Made by a program: the position numbers and the translations under genes. From positions 105,154,001 through 105,218,000 of the forward strand of contig NW_024704743.1 of NCBI RefSeq assembly GCF_018977255.1: DNA of 64,000 nucleotides, read 5' to 3'. Of the stretch, positions 61,600 to 64,000 are shown piece after piece. Origin of the DNA: Callorhinchus milii (Eukaryota). Below the pieces are notes generated by a model. It was not told the origin of the DNA. It searched no databases and saw only the letters and a list, made by a program, of their open reading frames with translations. Each line of letters begins with the position of its first letter. The stretch's first letter is position 1.

Positions 61600-62010
61600 C
61601 CTTGAGCTTACAGTCTAGGTTGACACTCCAGTACATTCAACCACGACAACAACTTGTATTTATATAGATCTCTCACACAGGGCAGCGTCTCAGAACACTT
61701 GAAGGGCTGCTTTGTCAAAGGTATTGTTCTTTGAAAGACCTGTCTGTTATTCAGGTGAACATTAAAGATCCCATGGTACTATTTGAAAAGAAGAGTTTCT
61801 CCTAATATCCTGGGCAACAATTCACCAAATAAAATTGGTCAAATTGGCTGCTGCATTCACCTACAATATATATTGCTGTGTGCAATTGACTGCCATGTTT
61901 TGCCCACAAAATATACAGTCAATTCACTTTACAGTATATTCTGTGAAGCGCCTTTGAGAGGTCTAGAAGACATGAAAAGCGCTATATCAAATGCAAGGAT
62001 TATTATTTTA
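61600..62010 (+). mobile_element. Older Deu-domain SINE with an inserted L2-C tail and a young-SINE-like 3' end
   Basis: ttgacactccagt...aaagatcccatggtactatttgaa; tail gctatatcaaatgcaaggattatt. Confidence 0.75.
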
Positions 62011-62739
62011 GATGATTATATATATAGTATAAAATCCTGTGAAGAACTATCGATGTCTTGTTCACATGATAAAGTGCTATATTCTTATTATTTAGCTTAA
62101 ATTGTGCAGGTCCAGAGTGGAAATAAAACTCCAAACAGTAAAGGAAATAATTAAAATTCCCAAAGTCTCGTTGTAGCGAGAGAAAATCTGAAAGGGCAGT
62201 TATATGTCAATAAAAAAAATACAACTGATTTGGAGGATTTAACCAAACTGAAGAGGTTGTTGAAGGTTCCTGCTACTGTGCCTCAGAGGTCAAACAATTC
62301 CAGATAAGTAGCAATCCAACTTCTCAGGCTGCAGAGCATCACTGGACTTGGATGAGATAGATTTGTTGCTTGACTGAGATGAGATGGATTTGGAGGCTGA
62401 GGTCCCATAAATCTGCCTTTTCCAATGTTTGTTCAAATCAGATTTGCATAATCTCTTAGCCTAATATATTTTACATGCCTTTGGTCTTTAACCCTTTATC
62501 CTTAACAGAAATAAAACTTGCAATTGACACGGGAATATACATGAGCTTCATTGTTTAATTAATTAATTCATTGGAGTTAATTTAACACTGTTGGAAGATG
62601 TGTTTCATATATAATACTGTAGAAAATGAAGGAGTTTTTAATGAAGGGTTGATAGTTATGTGGAATAAGCGACCAGCCTACATGGTCGAAAAAGGTTTCA
62701 ATAAGAAACTGAGCGTGACACAATTAACTTGATAATAGT

Positions 62740-63044
62740 AAATAATAATCCTTGCATTTGATAAAGCGCTTTTCACGTCTTCTCGACGTCTCAAAGCACT
62801 TCACAGAATAGACTGTAAAGTGAATTGACCGTATATTTGTGGGCGAAATGCGGCAGCCAATTGCACACAGCAGTGTCCCACAAACAGTCGTGGATTGAAA
62901 ATGATCAATTTATTATTGTTTTGGAGGGATTATTATTAGGCGTGTGGAGTAAGGAAACTTGCCCAAGGTTTCGCCCTGCCTGGAATTGAACTCAGGTCTC
63001 TCGCTGGCAAAGCGAGTGCTCTCACCACTGAGCTACTGGACTCC
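62740..63044 (-). mobile_element. Full-length young tRNA-Ala SINE
   Basis: Complete head, core, tail. Confidence 0.95.
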
Positions 63045-63046
63045 AC

Positions 63047-63865
63047 ATAAGTTTGCAGATGATACTAAGATAAAAAAAAGTTGTAAACGGTGAGGAGGAT
63101 AGTAGCAGACTGCAAGAGGACATAGACAGACTGGAAAAATGGGCAGACACGTGGCAGATGAAGTTTAACATGGCGAAATGCGAAGTGATGTATTTTGGGA
63201 GGAAGAATGAGGAGAGGCAATATAAGATAGATGGTATAATCTTAAAGAGGATGAAGGAACAGAGAGATCTGGGGGTTCATATAAGTCAATCTTTGAAGGT
63301 AGCAGTACAGGTAGATAAAGCTGTTAAAAAAAGGATACAGGATACTAGGCTTTATAAATAGAAGCATAGAATAGAAAAGTCAGGAAGTTATGATGAACCT
63401 TTATAAAACATTGGTTAGGCCGCAGCTAGTGTATTGTGGGCACCACACTTTAGGAAGGATGTCAAGGCATTGGAGAGGGTGCAAAGGAGATTTACCAGGA
63501 TGATACCAGGAATGAGGGACTTCAGTTATCAGAAGAGGCTAGAGAAGCTAGGATTATTTTCCTTGGAGCAGAGAAGGTTAAAAGGAGGGGAATTATGAGG
63601 GGATTCGATTGGGTGAACAAGGAGATACAATTTCCAATGGCGGGTGGGTCGGTAATCCGATTCAAAATAATTGTTAAAAGAAACAGAGGGAAGGTGATAA
63701 GAATTTTTTTCACACAGCGAGTTGTTTGGATCTGGAAAGCATTGCCTGACAGGGTGGTGGGGAGAGCGCAGGGGAGTGGGATTGATTTGGATAGCTCTTC
63801 TAAAAGAGCTGGCACAGACACAATGGACTGAGTGGTCTCCTTCTGTGCTGTATAATTCTATGATC
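63047..63865 (+). mobile_element. CR1 3' portion (FADDTK to tail)
   Basis: aagtttgcagatgatactaag, MKFNMAKCEVM, FFTQRVVWIW; tail tataattctatgat. Confidence 0.93.
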
Positions 63866-64000
63866 TGGAGGATATCTCAAAGCACTTTGCACAGTTGACT
63901 TGGTACCCATGTTGGTGCAGTGGTGAGGGGGTTGGGGAGAGAGAAGGTGACTGAAAACATGGTCAAGAAGATAGGATGTCCCATTATGAAGACAACATGA

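Noticed and set aside
2606..61700. Recurring caacaacaa...acgtc motifs as a CRISPR-like array
   Set aside because: Dispersed, irregularly spaced, in both orientations and attached to L2 ORF2 ends; they are LINE tails in a eukaryotic sequence

Overview
This is a vertebrate, repeat-rich, intron/intergenic-type window. It is probably from a cartilaginous fish such as a chimaera; that is inferred from the repeat content, not verified. A large part consists of decayed retroelements: at least three L2-clade LINE subfamilies with distinct 3' stem-loops, several CR1-clade LINE families, and an older Deu-domain SINE of the SacSINE1/AmnSINE1 type. There is also a young tRNA-Ala-headed SINE sharing the L2 3' tail, one hAT MITE and an unclassified ~300 bp repeat. 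Nearly all long ORFs in the track are LINE ORF2 fragments or antisense/shifted frames of repeats. No complete protein-coding gene is visible. The best host-gene signals are on the minus strand: a 61-nt signal-peptide-like coding exon (7610-7550) and a 24-nt microexon (55236-55213), plus weaker exon candidates. I could not name the gene. I found no convincing new biological system. The most interesting directly visible items are the LINE/SINE 3' stem-loop variants (including a SINE copy carrying the LINE loop), the modular origin of the young SINE, an 82-bp palindrome and a 109-bp direct repeat bracketing an inverted SINE pair. Repeat boundaries are read by eye and approximate.
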